The translations under genes and the position numbers were made by a program. From NCBI GenBank assembly GCA_017538005.1, contig JAFYJR010000047.1:1-38525 (forward strand): 38,525 nt of DNA. Direction: 5' to 3'. The notes below the pieces were generated by a model. The model was given only the letters and a program-made list of their open reading frames with translations. It ran no database searches and was not told the DNA's origin. Every line of letters starts with the position of its first letter. Position 1 is the first letter of the stretch. The DNA comes from Clostridia bacterium (GTDB lineage: Bacteria > Bacillota > Clostridia > Oscillospirales > Acutalibacteraceae). Positions 1 through 11,390 of the stretch are shown here, one piece after another.

Positions 1-438
1 GCAGGTATCGAGCAGCTCAAGGCTGAATGCGAAAAGATGATCGGCAAAGACGTTTCTCTCAACATCATTGAGATCAAGCAGCCCGACCTCGACGCTCAGC
101 TTGTAGCGGAAGGTATCGCTGCTCAGCTCGAGAAGCGTGTATCCTACCGCCGTGCGCTCAAGCTCGCCATCGGCAGAACGATGAGACTCGGTGCCAAGGG
201 TATCAAAGCTCAGGTTTCCGGCCGTCTCGGCGGTGCTGAAATCGCCCGTTCAGAGAGCTACCATGAAGGTACAATCCCGCTTCAGACAATCCGTGCCGAC
301 ATCGACTACGGTTTTGCAGAGGCAGACACAACCTACGGCCGCATAGGCGTAAAGGTTTGGATTTACAAAGGTGAAGTCCTTCACGATTCCAGAAACAATA
401 AGGAAAAGAACTTTAAGAAGGAAGGGGGAGCCAAGTAA
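1..438 (+). CDS. rpsC: 30S ribosomal protein S3, C-terminal portion (5' end upstream of window)
   Basis: Frame 1 is open from base 1. Translation contains [21 protein letters not shown]...[22 protein letters not shown]...[22 protein letters not shown], typical of the S3 C-terminal domain. Lies directly before rplP. Confidence 0.93.
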   Translation, partial: AGIEQLKAECEKMIGKDVSLNIIEIKQPDLDAQLVAEGIAAQLEKRVSYRRALKLAIGRTMRLGAKGIKAQVSGRLGGAEIARSESYHEGTIPLQTIRADIDYGFAEADTTYGRIGVKVWIYKGEVLHDSRNNKEKNFKKEGGAK

Positions 439-857
439 TGTTAATGCCAAAGAGAGTTAAGTACAGAAGGCAGCAGCGCGGCCGTCTTACAGGTAAAGCA
501 ACTCGCGGCAATACAGTAACTTACGGCGAGTACGGTCTTGTGGCACTTGAGCCCGCGTGGATCACGGCCAACCAGATCGAAGCAGCCCGTATTGCCATGA
601 CAAGATACATTAAGCGTGGCGGCCAGGTATGGATCAAGATCTTCCCTGACAAGCCGATCACCGAAAAACCCGCCGAGACCCGAATGGGTTCAGGTAAAGG
701 TTCCCCGGAATACTGGGTAGCAGTAGTAAAACCCGGCAGAGTAATGTTTGAAATCGCCGGTGTTGATGAGGAACTTGCCCGTGAGGCCATGCGTCTTGCC
801 AGCAACAAACTCCCCATCAAGTGCAAATTTGTTAAGAAAGAGGACGGTGAACAGTAA
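438..857 (+). CDS. rplP: 50S ribosomal protein L16
   Basis: [16 protein letters not shown]... N-terminus and length (139 aa) typical of L16. ATG overlaps the rpsC stop (TAATG). Confidence 0.95.
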   Translation: MLMPKRVKYRRQQRGRLTGKATRGNTVTYGEYGLVALEPAWITANQIEAARIAMTRYIKRGGQVWIKIFPDKPITEKPAETRMGSGKGSPEYWVAVVKPGRVMFEIAGVDEELAREAMRLASNKLPIKCKFVKKEDGEQ

Positions 858-1060
858 TGAAAGCAGCAGAACTTAAAAAACTGTCCGCCGCTGAGCTTGA
901 TGCCAAGCTCCTTGAGCTTAAAGACGAACTTTTCAAACTTCGTTTCCAGCAGGCTATAAATCAGCTCGACAACCCGATGCGCATCAAGGCCGTAAAGAAA
1001 GACATCGCGCGCGTTAAAACTGTTATCCGCGATGTAGAACTCCACGGCACTGAGCAGTAA
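857..1060 (+). CDS. rpmC: 50S ribosomal protein L29
   Basis: 67 aa. The LRKLSxxEL...ELFxLRFQ pattern is present ([26 protein letters not shown]). Overlaps the rplP stop. Canonical position. Confidence 0.93.
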   Translation: MKAAELKKLSAAELDAKLLELKDELFKLRFQQAINQLDNPMRIKAVKKDIARVKTVIRDVELHGTEQ

Positions 1061-1080
1061 GCGGCAGGAGGAAATAAGCT

Positions 1081-1335
1081 ATGGAAAGAAATTTAAGAAA
1101 AACTCAGGTCGGCATCGTATCATCAGATAAGATGGACAAGACTGTAGTAGTTACAGTTAAAGAGAGGGTCAGACATCCTCTTTACAAGAAGATCATAAAT
1201 CGTACGGTAAAAATCAAAGCACACGATGAAAAGAACGAGTGCCAGGTAGGCGACAAGGTTCTCATTATGGAAACCCGCCCCATCTCCAAGGATAAGCATT
1301 GGCGCGTAGTTGAAATCATCGAAAAGGCTAAGTAA
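1081..1335 (+). CDS. rpsQ: 30S ribosomal protein S17
   Basis: 84 aa. [29 protein letters not shown]...[27 protein letters not shown] is the S17 signature. SD GGAGG upstream. Confidence 0.94.
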   Translation: MERNLRKTQVGIVSSDKMDKTVVVTVKERVRHPLYKKIINRTVKIKAHDEKNECQVGDKVLIMETRPISKDKHWRVVEIIEKAK

Positions 1336-1352
1336 TTAAGGAGGGAACCACT

Positions 1353-1721
1353 GTGGTACAGCAACAGAGTTACCTCAAGGTTGCCGACAACTCAGGCGCG
1401 AAGGAGATTATGTGCATTCGTGTGCTTGGAGGTACCGGCAGGAGGTACGCCAACATAGGCGACGTCATCGTAGCATCCGTTAAGAAGGCTGCTCCCGGCG
1501 GCGGAGTCAAGAAAGGCGAAGTAGTAAAAGCAGTAGTGGTAAGAACAAAGAAGGGCGTTCGTCGCGACGACGGCACCTATGTCCGCTTCGACGAGAACGC
1601 GGCAGTTCTTATCAAAGAAGATAAGACCCCTAGAGGAACCCGTATTTTCGGCCCCGTAGCTCGTGAGCTTCGTGAAAAGGAATTCACAAAGATTCTGAGC
1701 CTCGCTCCGGAAGTAATTTAA
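1353..1721 (+). CDS. rplN: 50S ribosomal protein L14
   Basis: GTG start after AGGAGGG. Translation [26 protein letters not shown]... is typical L14, 122 aa. Confidence 0.95.
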   Translation: MVQQQSYLKVADNSGAKEIMCIRVLGGTGRRYANIGDVIVASVKKAAPGGGVKKGEVVKAVVVRTKKGVRRDDGTYVRFDENAAVLIKEDKTPRGTRIFGPVARELREKEFTKILSLAPEVI

Positions 1722-1738
1722 GGGAGGTGCAAGAGATA

Positions 1739-2062
1739 ATGAATAATAAAGTTCACGTTAAAACAGGTGATGAAGTTATCGTTATCAACGGTAAGTACCG
1801 CGGCCAGAAGGGCAAGGTACTCGAGGTTGCACCTTCAGAGGGCAAAATCATCGTTGAGGGTATCAACATCATCACAAAGCACGTAAAGCCCAAGAAGATG
1901 GGTGAGGCCGGCGGTCTCATCAAGGCTGAAAGTGCTCTTTATGCCGACAAGGTTCAGCTTGTATGCCCGAAGTGCGGCAAGGCCACAAGAGTCGGTCACG
2001 CAGTTGACAAGAACGGCAAAAAAGTCCGCGTATGCAAGAAGTGCAACGCGCAGTTTGAATAA
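1739..2062 (+). CDS. rplX: 50S ribosomal protein L24 (KOW domain plus C-terminal Cys4 zinc-ribbon form)
   Basis: [27 protein letters not shown] is a KOW motif. C-terminus has CPKC...CKKC. The track start at 1727 (GTG) sits inside the SD GGGAGG, so ATG 1739 is preferred. Confidence 0.9.
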   Translation: MNNKVHVKTGDEVIVINGKYRGQKGKVLEVAPSEGKIIVEGINIITKHVKPKKMGEAGGLIKAESALYADKVQLVCPKCGKATRVGHAVDKNGKKVRVCKKCNAQFE

Positions 2063-2079
2063 GAAAGGAGCAAAACCTT

Positions 2080-2619
2080 ATGGCAAGACTTAAAGATATG
2101 TATACCAAAGAAGTTGCTCCTGCACTTATGAAGAAATTCGAGTACAAGAGCGTCATGGAAGTTCCGAAGCTTGAGAAAATCGTTATCAACGTAGGCTGCG
2201 GCGAAGCGAAGGACAACTCAAAAGTGGTTGATTCCATCATGAGCGACCTCGCCACAATAACAGGCCAGAAGCCCGTTATCTGCAAGGCGAAGAAGTCAGT
2301 CGCAAACTTCAAACTTCGTGAAGGCATGATTATCGGCGTAAAGGTAACACTTCGCGGCGAGCGCATGTACGAATTCCTCGACAGGTTCTTCAATCTCGCA
2401 CTTCCGCGAGTAAGAGACTTCAGAGGTATCAACCCCGACTCATTTGACGGTCGCGGTAACTACTCAATGGGCGTTAAGGAACAGCTCATCTTCCCCGAGA
2501 TAGAGTACGACAAGATCGACGCTATCCGCGGTATGGATATCTGTTTCGTAACAACCGCAAAGACAGACGAAGAAGCGAGAGAGCTCCTCACACTGATGGG
2601 CGCTCCGTTCGCAAGATAA
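2080..2619 (+). CDS. rplE: 50S ribosomal protein L5
   Basis: 179 aa, [39 protein letters not shown]..., canonical L5. spc-operon order. Confidence 0.95.
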   Translation: MARLKDMYTKEVAPALMKKFEYKSVMEVPKLEKIVINVGCGEAKDNSKVVDSIMSDLATITGQKPVICKAKKSVANFKLREGMIIGVKVTLRGERMYEFLDRFFNLALPRVRDFRGINPDSFDGRGNYSMGVKEQLIFPEIEYDKIDAIRGMDICFVTTAKTDEEARELLTLMGAPFAR

Positions 2620-2632
2620 GGAGGTATGACAC

Positions 2633-2818
2633 GTGGCTAAGACATCACTTAAGGTTAAGCAGGCTCGTCCGGCTAAGTATTCCACAAGAGAGTACAACCG
2701 TTGTAAAATCTGCGGCAGGCCGCATGCCTACCTCAGAAAGTACGGCGTATGCCGTATCTGTTTCAGAGAGCTTGCACACAAGGGTCAGATCCCCGGTGTT
2801 AAAAAGGCAAGCTGGTAA
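2633..2818 (+). CDS. rpsN: 30S ribosomal protein S14, short zinc-binding type Z
   Basis: 61 aa, GTG start, [38 protein letters not shown] with CxxC...CxxC. Confidence 0.94.
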   Translation: MAKTSLKVKQARPAKYSTREYNRCKICGRPHAYLRKYGVCRICFRELAHKGQIPGVKKASW

Positions 2819-2842
2819 TTTGAGCAATAGGAGGGAAAAGTT

Positions 2843-3241
2843 ATGCAGATCACAGATTCAGTAGCAGATATGCTCACAAGAATCAGAAACGCTAACAGAG
2901 CTAAGCACGATACAGTCAAAATTCCCGCATCCAACATGAAAAAGGCTATTGCTCAGATTCTTGTTGATGAAGGATACATCAAGAGCTTCTCCGTTGAAGA
3001 AGACGGAAAGCAGGGTATGATTGAAATCGTACTTAAGTATGGCGAAAACAAATCTCCGGTCATCACCGGACTGAAGAGAGTTTCAAAACCCGGTCTTCGC
3101 ATCTACACAGACTGCGAAAACATGCCTTCAGTCATGAAGGGTCTCGGTATTGCGATTCTTTCCACATCCAAGGGTATCATGACCGATAAAGAAGCACGCA
3201 AAGCCCATGTGGGCGGCGAAGTGCTCGCATTTATCTGGTAA
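2843..3241 (+). CDS. rpsH: 30S ribosomal protein S8
   Basis: 132 aa. The [21 protein letters not shown]-terminus is diagnostic of S8. Confidence 0.95.
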   Translation: MQITDSVADMLTRIRNANRAKHDTVKIPASNMKKAIAQILVDEGYIKSFSVEEDGKQGMIEIVLKYGENKSPVITGLKRVSKPGLRIYTDCENMPSVMKGLGIAILSTSKGIMTDKEARKAHVGGEVLAFIW

Positions 3242-3256
3242 GGAGGAAACAGTAAC

Positions 3257-3796
3257 ATGTCACGTATAGGCAAAATGCCGATAGCGATTCCGGCCGGCGT
3301 AGAAGTAAAGCTCGACGGCACCACTGTTTCTGTTAAAGGCCCCAAGGGCGAACTTACCAGAACAGTGCATCCGAATATGAAGGTCGAGGTAAACGGCGCT
3401 GAGGTTACCGTTACCCGTCCGAACGACAACAAAGAGAACCGCTCACTTCACGGTCTCACCAGATCCCTCATAGCCAATATGGTAAAGGGTGTTACAGACG
3501 GTTTCACAAAGGAACTCGAAGTAAACGGTGTAGGTTACCGTGCATCAGTTGAAGGCAACAAGCTTGTTCTCAATGTCGGTTATTCACATCCTGTTGAGAT
3601 GCCTCTTCCCGACGGTATCAAGGCTGAAGTTAATGACAAAAAGATCACTATCTCCGGCATTGACAACCAGAAGGTCGGACAGTTCGCAGCAGAAGTTCGT
3701 GAGAAACGTCCTCCCGAGCCGTACAAGGGCAAGGGCATCAAGTATATGGACGAACACATTCGCCGTAAAGAAGGCAAAGCCGGTAAAGGCGCATAA
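3257..3796 (+). CDS. rplF: 50S ribosomal protein L6
   Basis: 179 aa, [33 protein letters not shown]..., canonical L6. Confidence 0.95.
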   Translation: MSRIGKMPIAIPAGVEVKLDGTTVSVKGPKGELTRTVHPNMKVEVNGAEVTVTRPNDNKENRSLHGLTRSLIANMVKGVTDGFTKELEVNGVGYRASVEGNKLVLNVGYSHPVEMPLPDGIKAEVNDKKITISGIDNQKVGQFAAEVREKRPPEPYKGKGIKYMDEHIRRKEGKAGKGA

Positions 3797-3820
3797 TAAG
3801 GGAAGGAGTGTAATAGTTTT

Positions 3821-4180
3821 ATGGTTAATAAGGCAGATACAAATAAAGCTCGTCTTAAGCGTCATAAGAGAGTACGCGGAAAAGTTTCCGGTACAGCTGC
3901 ACGCCCGCGTCTTTGCGTTTACCGCTCACTTGACAACATCTACGCGCAGGTTATTGACGATGTAGCAGGTGTAACCCTTTGCAGCGCTTCCTCAAACGAG
4001 AAGAGCTTCAAGAAATACGGCGGAAACAAGGACGCTGCAAGAGAAGTCGGTAAGACACTTGCTGAGCGCGCTCTTAAGAAAAACATCGAAGAAGTTGTTT
4101 TTGATCGTGGCGGTTATGTTTATCATGGCCGTGTGGCTGAACTTGCTGAAGGCGCCCGTGAAGGCGGCCTCAAGTTCTGA
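3821..4180 (+). CDS. rplR: 50S ribosomal protein L18
   Basis: 119 aa. [34 protein letters not shown]...[24 protein letters not shown] pattern. Confidence 0.94.
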   Translation: MVNKADTNKARLKRHKRVRGKVSGTAARPRLCVYRSLDNIYAQVIDDVAGVTLCSASSNEKSFKKYGGNKDAAREVGKTLAERALKKNIEEVVFDRGGYVYHGRVAELAEGAREGGLKF

Positions 4181-4203
4181 TTAATGGTAAGGAGGAAAAA
4201 CTT

Positions 4204-4707
4204 TTGGCTACAAAAATAGATGCTTCTAATTTAGAGTTACAAGAGAGAGTCATTACCATTAACCGTGTATCAAAGACAGTTAAAGGTGGACGTATCTACA
4301 AATTCGCGGCTCTTGTAGTTGTCGGTGACGGCAACGGCATCGTAGGCTTCGGCATAGGTAAGTCCGGCGAAGTTCCGGATGCCATCCGCAAGGGTATCGA
4401 AGACGCGAAGAAGAATCTTATGAAAGTATCTCTCAAGGGTACAACAATCCCTCATGAGATTATCGGCAAGTACGGCGCAGGCGTTGTACTGCTTAAGCCC
4501 GCGGCACCCGGTACCGGCGTTATCGCCGGCGGTCCCGTTCGTGCGGTTGTTGAGACCGTAGGTATCAAGGACATCCGTTCAAAGGCTCTCCGTTCAAACA
4601 ACCCGTGCAATGTAGTCCGCGCAACTCTTGACGGACTTTCAAAGCTCAGAAACGTTGACGAAGTAGCCGCCATCCGCGGTAAGACAGAAAAAGAGATTTT
4701 AGGTTAA
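4204..4707 (+). CDS. rpsE: 30S ribosomal protein S5
   Basis: TTG start after [49 protein letters not shown] is the S5 dsRBD signature. Confidence 0.94.
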   Translation: MATKIDASNLELQERVITINRVSKTVKGGRIYKFAALVVVGDGNGIVGFGIGKSGEVPDAIRKGIEDAKKNLMKVSLKGTTIPHEIIGKYGAGVVLLKPAAPGTGVIAGGPVRAVVETVGIKDIRSKALRSNNPCNVVRATLDGLSKLRNVDEVAAIRGKTEKEILG

Positions 4708-4721
4708 GGAGGGTGGCATAA

Positions 4722-4910
4722 ATGGCTAAGACAGAAACTGTTGAAATCAAGCTCACACGGAGCCTTATCGGCAGCAAGAAAGACCAGATTGCTACCGCAA
4801 ACTCCCTCGGTCTCCGCAAAATAGGCGACAAGGCCACACAACCTGACAATCCTCAGACCCAGGGTAAGATCAAGAAGATTTCTCATCTTATCACGGTCAC
4901 AAAGGCTTAA
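4722..4910 (+). CDS. rpmD: 50S ribosomal protein L30
   Basis: 62 aa. IKLTRSLIGSKKDQIATANSLGLRKIGD fits L30. Canonical position between rpsE and rplO. Confidence 0.9.
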   Translation: MAKTETVEIKLTRSLIGSKKDQIATANSLGLRKIGDKATQPDNPQTQGKIKKISHLITVTKA

Positions 4911-4929
4911 AGAAAGGTAGGACGACTTT

Positions 4930-5373
4930 ATGAAATTACATGAACTCACACCTGCCGCAGGTTCCAAAAAGGACGTAAAACGCATAGGCAGAGGTCCGGC
5001 ATCCGGCCAGGGTAAAACCGCCGGCAAGGGCCACAAGGGCCAGAAAGCCCGTGCGGGTAAGGGCATGCGCGCCGGTTTTGAAGGCGGCCAGATGCCACTC
5101 CAGAGAAGACTCCCGAAGAGGGGCTTCAACAACATTTTCGCCAAGGAAATCGTAACTGTTAATGTTTCCGACCTTGAGAAATGCTTCAAGAACGGTGATA
5201 CGGTTGATGCCGCAGCACTCATCGAAGCCGGTCTCATCAAGAAGGAAAAGGACGGCGTAAAAGTACTTGGCAACGGCGAGCTCAAGAAAAAGCTCACGGT
5301 TAAGGTCAATGCTTATTCAGAGGCTGCAAAGGCAAAAATAGAAGCAGCCGGCGGAAAGGCAGAGGTGGTTTAA
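4930..5373 (+). CDS. rplO: 50S ribosomal protein L15
   Basis: 147 aa, [43 protein letters not shown]..., typical L15. Confidence 0.94.
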   Translation: MKLHELTPAAGSKKDVKRIGRGPASGQGKTAGKGHKGQKARAGKGMRAGFEGGQMPLQRRLPKRGFNNIFAKEIVTVNVSDLEKCFKNGDTVDAAALIEAGLIKKEKDGVKVLGNGELKKKLTVKVNAYSEAAKAKIEAAGGKAEVV

Positions 5374-5374
5374 A

Positions 5375-6700
5375 ATGCTGCAAACTCTTGCTAATGCTTT
5401 TAAAGTACCTGACCTTCGTAAAAAGATGCTCTATACGGCACTCATCCTGCTTCTGTTCAGACTCGGTGCTGCAATTCCGGTCCCGTTTACGGCGGCTGCG
5501 GGCGGTATCATTCAGGATACCAACGGTTCAAACTTCATGAACTACCTCAGCATGATGACCGGTGACGCGTTCAACTACGGTACACTTTTCGCAATGTCGA
5601 TAACACCGTACATCAACTCGTCGATTATCATCCAGCTTCTGACAGTAGCAATTCCGGCACTCGAGAACCTCGCCAAAGAGGGTGAAGAGGGCAAGAAAAA
5701 GATAAGCTTCATCACCAGAATCGGTGCTGTAATTATCGCAGTAATGCAGTCCGCTGCATACTTCTTCTTCCTTCGCTCCGGCGGATTTATCGCGAAAGCC
5801 GCTGACGGTTCCGCTTTCACAGGCGCCTCCGCCACACTTCAGGCTCTTGTAATAATCCTTGTTCTCTCAGCCGGCGCATGTCTGCTCATGTGGATGGGTG
5901 AGTCCATCAACAGAAAGGGCATAGGCAACGGTATCTCAATGATACTTTTCGCCGGTATCGTATCGCGTATTCCGACAACGATCACTTACATCATCGGATA
6001 CTTCTCATACGGCGGACTCTACTATCTCTTTGCTCCGATAGCCCTGATCATCATGATCGGCCTCGTAGTATTTATAGTATGGGTTGACGGTTCCGAGAGA
6101 AAACTTCCGGTGGCTTATGCAAAGCGCGTTGTAGGTCGTAAGATGTACGGCGGCCAGAACACCCACATGCCGATTAAAGTCAACATGTCCGGTGTTATGC
6201 CCATAATCTTCGCAAGCTCAATTCTTTCTCTTCCCCCGACACTTCAGATGTTCTTCGGCAAGAGAATAGAAGAGGGCAGCGGACTCGACAAATTCTTCCA
6301 TTTGTTCGATTCCACAAACTGGTTCTACGGTTTGATCTACTTCATCTTCATCATCCTGTTCGCTTATTTCTATGCGACCATTCAGTATAATCCCATAGAA
6401 ATGGCAAACAACCTGAGAAAGAACAGCGGTTCAATCCCCGGAATCAGACCCGGTAAACCGACATCCGATTACATTGCAAAAGTTCTTTCAAGAATTACAT
6501 TGCTCGGCGCTCTTCTCATAAGCGTTGTCGCAATTCTCCCGATCGTTTTCTCACAGATTACGAGACTTTGCTGTCCGGCACCGATGAACCTTTCACTCGG
6601 CGGCACATCCGTAATCATCTTGGTCGGCGTAGCTCTTGAAACTGTTCGTCAGCTTGAATCTCAGATGATGATGCGTCATTATAAGGGATTCCTTGACTAA
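5375..6700 (+). CDS. secY: Preprotein translocase subunit SecY
   Basis: 441 aa polytopic membrane protein. PDLRKKMLYT..ILLLFRLGAAIPVP, ITPYINSSIIIQLL and GESINRKGIGNGISMILFAGI motifs. Position after rplO. Confidence 0.95.
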   Translation: MLQTLANAFKVPDLRKKMLYTALILLLFRLGAAIPVPFTAAAGGIIQDTNGSNFMNYLSMMTGDAFNYGTLFAMSITPYINSSIIIQLLTVAIPALENLAKEGEEGKKKISFITRIGAVIIAVMQSAAYFFFLRSGGFIAKAADGSAFTGASATLQALVIILVLSAGACLLMWMGESINRKGIGNGISMILFAGIVSRIPTTITYIIGYFSYGGLYYLFAPIALIIMIGLVVFIVWVDGSERKLPVAYAKRVVGRKMYGGQNTHMPIKVNMSGVMPIIFASSILSLPPTLQMFFGKRIEEGSGLDKFFHLFDSTNWFYGLIYFIFIILFAYFYATIQYNPIEMANNLRKNSGSIPGIRPGKPTSDYIAKVLSRITLLGALLISVVAILPIVFSQITRLCCPAPMNLSLGGTSVIILVGVALETVRQLESQMMMRHYKGFLD

Positions 6701-6714
6701 TGGAGGGACTTTAA

Positions 6715-7347
6715 ATGAATATAATCTTTCTCGGCGCTCCGGGCGCAGGCAAAGGTACACAGGCAGAGATAGTTGCCGAAAAGTACAACATCCCCACAAT
6801 TTCAACGGGTAACATTATCCGCGAGGCTTTGAAGAACGGCACAGAGATGGGCCTTAAAGCAAAAGCTTTCATCGAAGCCGGACAGCTTGTTCCCGACGAA
6901 GTTGTTATAGGTATAATCAAGGAAAGACTCGCAAAGGGTGACTGTGACGACGGTTTCATCCTTGACGGTTTTCCGAGAACAATCCCTCAGGCTGAAGCTC
7001 TTGATGCCATGGGTATCAACATCGATAAAGTTGTCGAGATTGATGTTCCCGATGAGGCTATCTCAGAGCGTATGACAGGACGCAGGGTCTGCCCTGATTG
7101 CGGCGCATCCTACCACATTGTCAACAAGCAGCCTAAGGCAGAGGGCATCTGTGACAGCTGCGGCGCGCAGCTTGTTCAGCGCAAGGATGATGCGCCGGAG
7201 ACAGTCGCAGACCGCCTCAAGGTTTACCATGATCAGACAGAGCCTTTAAAGGGCTACTATGATTCAAAGGGTAAACTGAGCACAGTTGAAGGCATAGGTG
7301 CGGTCGCTGAAATTACCGCACGCGTGCTGAAGGCTTTAGAGGACTGA
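6715..7347 (+). CDS. adk: Adenylate kinase (zinc-lid form)
   Basis: MNIIFLGAPGAGKGTQAE P-loop. LID with CPDC...CDSC. 210 aa. Confidence 0.95.
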   Translation: MNIIFLGAPGAGKGTQAEIVAEKYNIPTISTGNIIREALKNGTEMGLKAKAFIEAGQLVPDEVVIGIIKERLAKGDCDDGFILDGFPRTIPQAEALDAMGINIDKVVEIDVPDEAISERMTGRRVCPDCGASYHIVNKQPKAEGICDSCGAQLVQRKDDAPETVADRLKVYHDQTEPLKGYYDSKGKLSTVEGIGAVAEITARVLKALED

Positions 7348-7350
7348 TAC

Positions 7351-8100
7351 ATGATAGTGCTCAAGACTTCAAAGGAGCTGGAACTCATGCGCGTCGCGTG
7401 CAGGATTTCAGCCGAGGCACTACAGGTTGCGGGGGAGGCAGTAAAATCCGGTATCTCCACGTGGGAAATCGACAAAATTGCCCATGACTATATTGTCCGT
7501 CAGGGAGCGGAACCCAACTTCCTGGGACTCTATGGTTTCCCCGGCACCGCATGTATTTCCGTAAACGACGAGGTCATTCATGGAATTCCGAGTAAGACCA
7601 GGATTTTGAAAGAAGGCGACATAGTCTCAATAGACCTTGGAGCCAAAATCAACGGTTTTAACGGAGATAACGCTGCCACATTTGCCGTAGGCACGATAAG
7701 TGACGAGGCAAGGCGTTTGCTTGATACAACGAGGGAATCTCTCACCGAGGGTATCAGGGCGGCTGTCGCCGGTGGCAGAGTAGGTGACATAGGTCACGCG
7801 GTACAGGAGTACTGCGAAAGCCGCGGATACGGTGTCGTTCGTGAATACGAAGGACACGGTGTCGGCACCAAACTCCATGAGGACCCCGGCGTACCAAATT
7901 TCGGTACTGCCGGCAGAGGCATAAGACTGTTGCCCGGCATGACAATTGCGATAGAGCCCATGATAAATCAGGGCACCTACAAGGTTAAGCAGTTGGATGA
8001 CGGTTGGACAGTCAAGACGGCGGACGGTGCACTATCCGCCCACTTCGAACACACAATAGCCATCACGGACAACGGTCCCGTGATTCTGACAAAAGTGTAG
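7351..8100 (+). CDS. map: Type I methionine aminopeptidase
   Basis: 249 aa. Pita-bread motifs [43 protein letters not shown]. Confidence 0.94.
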   Translation: MIVLKTSKELELMRVACRISAEALQVAGEAVKSGISTWEIDKIAHDYIVRQGAEPNFLGLYGFPGTACISVNDEVIHGIPSKTRILKEGDIVSIDLGAKINGFNGDNAATFAVGTISDEARRLLDTTRESLTEGIRAAVAGGRVGDIGHAVQEYCESRGYGVVREYEGHGVGTKLHEDPGVPNFGTAGRGIRLLPGMTIAIEPMINQGTYKVKQLDDGWTVKTADGALSAHFEHTIAITDNGPVILTKV

Positions 8101-8116
8101 AATTGGAGGTAAATTT

Positions 8117-8335
8117 ATGTCAAAGCAGGACATGATCGAAATAGAAGGTGTCGTTGTAGAAGCTCTTCCGAACGCGACATTTAAGGTTGAACTCGAAAAC
8201 GGTCACCAGATTTTGGCTCACATCTCCGGAAAACTCCGTATGAACTACATACGCATTCTTCCGGGCGATAAGGTTACTGTAGAAATGTCGCCGTACGACC
8301 TCACAAAGGGCCGTATCACATGGCGATCCAAGTAA
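8117..8335 (+). CDS. infA: Translation initiation factor IF-1
   Basis: 72 aa, [70 protein letters not shown], near-invariant IF-1 sequence. Confidence 0.96.
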   Translation: MSKQDMIEIEGVVVEALPNATFKVELENGHQILAHISGKLRMNYIRILPGDKVTVEMSPYDLTKGRITWRSK

Positions 8336-8357
8336 TGACAATTAGGAGGTAACACAA

Positions 8358-8471
8358 ATGAAAGTCAGACCTTCTGTAAAGAAAATGTGCGACAAGTGCA
8401 AGATAATCAAGCGTAACGGCAAGGTTATGGTTATCTGCGAGAACCCGAAGCACAAACAACGCCAGGGCTGA
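8358..8471 (+). CDS. rpmJ: 50S ribosomal protein L36 (zinc-binding form)
   Basis: Not in the ORF track (37 aa). ATG 8358 follows AGGAGG. Translation [37 protein letters not shown] ends at TGA 8469-8471. Canonical position between infA and rpsM. Confidence 0.93.
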   Translation: MKVRPSVKKMCDKCKIIKRNGKVMVICENPKHKQRQG

Positions 8472-8504
8472 TTTCAGCTCTGAACCATTAATGGAGGTAA
8501 AAAA

Positions 8505-8873
8505 ATGGCTCGTATTTCAGGTGTAGATTTACCGAGAGATAAGAGAATTGAAGTTGCCCTCACCTACATTTACGGTATCGGTCAGAAGACAGCAAACGAT
8601 ATCATTGCTGCCACAGGCGTAAATCCCGACACACGTGTCAAGGATTTGACTGAAGACGACGTAGCAAAGCTGCGTGAGTACATTGACCACAATCTTAAAG
8701 TAGAAGGTGACCTCAGAAGAGAGACAGCTCTTGAAATCAAGAGACTCGTTGAAATCGGTTGCTATCGCGGCGTTCGTCACAGAAAGGGACTTCCCGTAAG
8801 AGGTCAGCGTTCAAAGACAAACGCTCGTACACGCAAGGGTCCGAAGAGAACCGTTGCAAACAAGAAGAAGTAA
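8505..8873 (+). CDS. rpsM: 30S ribosomal protein S13
   Basis: 122 aa, [26 protein letters not shown]...[27 protein letters not shown]. Confidence 0.95.
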   Translation: MARISGVDLPRDKRIEVALTYIYGIGQKTANDIIAATGVNPDTRVKDLTEDDVAKLREYIDHNLKVEGDLRRETALEIKRLVEIGCYRGVRHRKGLPVRGQRSKTNARTRKGPKRTVANKKK

Positions 8874-8889
8874 TTAGGGAGGGGTACAA

Positions 8890-9294
8890 TTGGCTACAAA
8901 AGGTGCTAAGAAAGGCACAACTACTCGTAGACGTCGCGACCGCAAGAATATTGACCGCGGTGCGGCACATATCCAATCCACTTTCAACAATACTATAGTC
9001 ACAATTACCGATACACAGGGTAACGCGGTGTCATGGGCATCCGCAGGCGAGATGGGCTTCAGAGGATCCAAGAAGTCCACACCGTTTGCAGCTCAGACTG
9101 CTGCCGAGGTAGCCGCGAAGGCTGCCGTTGACCACGGTATGAAAACTGTTGAAGTATATGTAAAAGGCCCCGGCGCCGGTCGTGAAGCCGCAATCCGCGC
9201 ACTTCAGACAGCAGGTCTTGAAGTTACATCCATCAAGGACGTTACTCCGATCCCGCACAACGGCTGCCGTCCGCCCAAGAGAAGACGTGTATAA
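8890..9294 (+). CDS. rpsK: 30S ribosomal protein S11
   Basis: TTG start after [38 protein letters not shown]+GS+KSTPFAAQ and [19 protein letters not shown] motifs. Confidence 0.94.
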   Translation: MATKGAKKGTTTRRRRDRKNIDRGAAHIQSTFNNTIVTITDTQGNAVSWASAGEMGFRGSKKSTPFAAQTAAEVAAKAAVDHGMKTVEVYVKGPGAGREAAIRALQTAGLEVTSIKDVTPIPHNGCRPPKRRRV

Positions 9295-9310
9295 TCAGGA
9301 GGAAATGTAA

Positions 9311-9931
9311 ATGTCAAGATACACAGGTGCAGTTTGTAAACAGTGCCGCCGTGAGGGCAAGAAGCTTTTCCTCAAGGGCGACAGATGCTATACAGGCAAA
9401 TGCGCATTAGAACGTCGTTCATACGCTCCCGGTCAGCATGGCCAGGGCAGAAAGAAGACTTCCGAATACGGTATCCAGCTCCGCACAAAGCAGCAGGCAA
9501 GAAGATACTACGGTATTCAGGAAAGCCAGTTCCACAAGTACTTCCTCATGGCTGAAAAGATGGAAGGCATGACAGGTGAGAACTTACTTAAACTCTGCGA
9601 AAGCCGCCTTGACAATGTAGTTTACCTGCTTGGTTTCGCCAGCTCTCGTCAGCAGGCCCGCCAGCTCGTAACACACGGTCATTTCAAGGTAAACGGCAAG
9701 AAGTGCAACATTCCGTCGTATCTTCTTTGCGCAGGTGACACAATATCAATCAAGGAGAAAAGTGCCGATACTGAAAGCTTTAAGGTTATTCTTGAAGCCA
9801 ACGGTTCAAGACCGGTACCAACATGGCTCTCTAAGGACAACACCTCCGGTAAGGTTGTTAATCTTCCTGACCGTGAACAGATTGGTGTTCCCGTTGAAGA
9901 GCACTACATCGTTGAGTACTATTCCAAATAA
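9311..9931 (+). CDS. rpsD: 30S ribosomal protein S4
   Basis: 206 aa, [42 protein letters not shown] and an S4 RNA-binding domain ([22 protein letters not shown]). Confidence 0.95.
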   Translation: MSRYTGAVCKQCRREGKKLFLKGDRCYTGKCALERRSYAPGQHGQGRKKTSEYGIQLRTKQQARRYYGIQESQFHKYFLMAEKMEGMTGENLLKLCESRLDNVVYLLGFASSRQQARQLVTHGHFKVNGKKCNIPSYLLCAGDTISIKEKSADTESFKVILEANGSRPVPTWLSKDNTSGKVVNLPDREQIGVPVEEHYIVEYYSK

Positions 9932-9988
9932 TGCCGCATAATTAAAACTTAATATTGCGACATCTCATTATCTTAAGGAGGGTTTTGA

Positions 9989-10933
9989 ATGATAAGTATC
10001 GAAAAGCCGAATGTTGAGTGCATCGACACAGGCGACACTTATGGCAAGTTTACTCTGGAACCGCTTGAGAGAGGTTTTGGTACAACGGTTGGCAACAGCC
10101 TTCGTCGCGTCCTTCTTTCATCTCTTCCGGGTTATGCTATAACATCCGTAAAGATTGATGGCGTTCTTCATGAGTTCACAACCATCAAGGGTGTCAAGGA
10201 AGACATCACAGAGATAGTTTTGAATCTGAAGAGCGTAATCCTCAAGATAAATGGCGATGGCCCCAAGACAATGTACATTGAGGCTTCAGGCGCAGGCGAG
10301 GTTACCGCGGGTGACATCAAGGGTGACTCAGACGTTGAGATTTTAAACCCCGAACTTCACATAGCGAGCCTTGACAAGGGCGCAAAGCTTTCAATGGAAT
10401 TGACTGCAGACGTCGGCAGAGGTTATGTTTCGGCTGAGAGAAACAAGCTCGAAATGCAGCCGCCGATTGGCGTAATTGCTATAGATTCAATCTATACACC
10501 TGTACTGAAGGTCAACTATACCGTTGAGAATACCCGTGTAGGTCAGCGTATCGACTTTGATAAGCTCACACTCGAGGTATGGACGAACGGTACGATTTCC
10601 GCGAAGGAAGCCGTATCGCTCGGCGCCAAGATCCTCAACGATCACCTCAAGTTGTTCATCGATCTGTCTGAAAATGAATTCATGACAGACGTACTCGTTG
10701 AAAAGGACGACAACTCAAGAGAGAAAGTCCTCGAGATGACCATTGAAGAACTTGATTTGTCTGTTCGTTCTTTCAATTGCTTGAAGAGAGCAGGCATCAA
10801 CACGGTAGAAGACCTTACGAACAGATCAGAAGACGATATGATGAAGGTCCGCAACCTCGGCAAGAAGTCTCTTGACGAAGTTATCGCGAAACTCGATTCA
10901 CTCGGCTTCACACTTCGTAAAGAAGAAGAATAA
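9989..10933 (+). CDS. rpoA: DNA-directed RNA polymerase subunit alpha
   Basis: 314 aa. [31 protein letters not shown]-terminal domain. C-terminal domain has [25 protein letters not shown]. Confidence 0.95.
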   Translation: MISIEKPNVECIDTGDTYGKFTLEPLERGFGTTVGNSLRRVLLSSLPGYAITSVKIDGVLHEFTTIKGVKEDITEIVLNLKSVILKINGDGPKTMYIEASGAGEVTAGDIKGDSDVEILNPELHIASLDKGAKLSMELTADVGRGYVSAERNKLEMQPPIGVIAIDSIYTPVLKVNYTVENTRVGQRIDFDKLTLEVWTNGTISAKEAVSLGAKILNDHLKLFIDLSENEFMTDVLVEKDDNSREKVLEMTIEELDLSVRSFNCLKRAGINTVEDLTNRSEDDMMKVRNLGKKSLDEVIAKLDSLGFTLRKEEE

Positions 10934-10951
10934 GGGAAGGAGTGTTTTTAA

Positions 10952-11293
10952 ATGCCAGGCACAAGAAAACTCGGCAGAGCAAGCGATCATCGCAAGGCAA
11001 TGCTTCGCGGTATGGTCACTTATTTGCTCGAGACCGGCAAACTTGAAACCACCGTTACCCGCGCTAAAGAAGTCCGCTCCATGACGGAGAAGATGATAAC
11101 TCTCTCCAAGGATGCGACTCTTGCAAACAAGAGACAGGTTTTGGCCTATGTCACAAAAGAGGACGTAGCAAAGAAACTCTTTGACGAAATCGGTCCGAAG
11201 TATAAGGACGTAAACGGCGGTTACTGCCGTATTATCAAGACAGGCCCGCGCCGCGGCGACGCAGCCGAGATGTGCATCATAGAGCTCGTCTGA
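10952..11293 (+). CDS. rplQ: 50S ribosomal protein L17
   Basis: 113 aa. [20 protein letters not shown]...G+LETTV.RAKEVR...EKMITL and GGY.RI.K.GPRRGD.A.M. Last gene of the alpha operon. Confidence 0.94.
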   Translation: MPGTRKLGRASDHRKAMLRGMVTYLLETGKLETTVTRAKEVRSMTEKMITLSKDATLANKRQVLAYVTKEDVAKKLFDEIGPKYKDVNGGYCRIIKTGPRRGDAAEMCIIELV

Positions 11294-11320
11294 TAAACGG
11301 TAACACACATAAAAAGAGAA

Positions 11321-11353
11321 CCCTGAGAGGCAAAACCTCTCAGGGTCTTTTTA
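11321..11353 (+). terminator. Rho-independent terminator of the ribosomal (alpha) operon
   Basis: Perfect 10-bp stem CCCTGAGAGG (11321-11330) / CCTCTCAGGG (11336-11345), loop CAAAA, followed by TCTTTTTAT. Confidence 0.85.
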
Positions 11354-11355
11354 TA

Positions 11356-11384
11356 TTGATAATATTATAGAGATGTGCTAAAAT
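11356..11384 (+). promoter_or_regulatory. Sigma-A-type promoter with extended -10
   Basis: -35 TTGATA (11356-11361), 17-nt spacer, TGcTAAAAT (11376-11384). Placed just after the terminator and about 200 nt before the tup operon. Confidence 0.6.
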
Positions 11385-11390
11385 TTATGC

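Noticed and set aside
4704-5309. 201-aa ORF on the minus strand across rpmD/rplO. Similar cases are 521-1045, 1920-2432 and 10898-11308 opposite ribosomal and rpoA genes.
   Set aside because: These are shadow ORFs antisense to highly conserved genes. They have no SD, low-complexity Ser/Pro/Leu-rich translations and no recognisable motifs.
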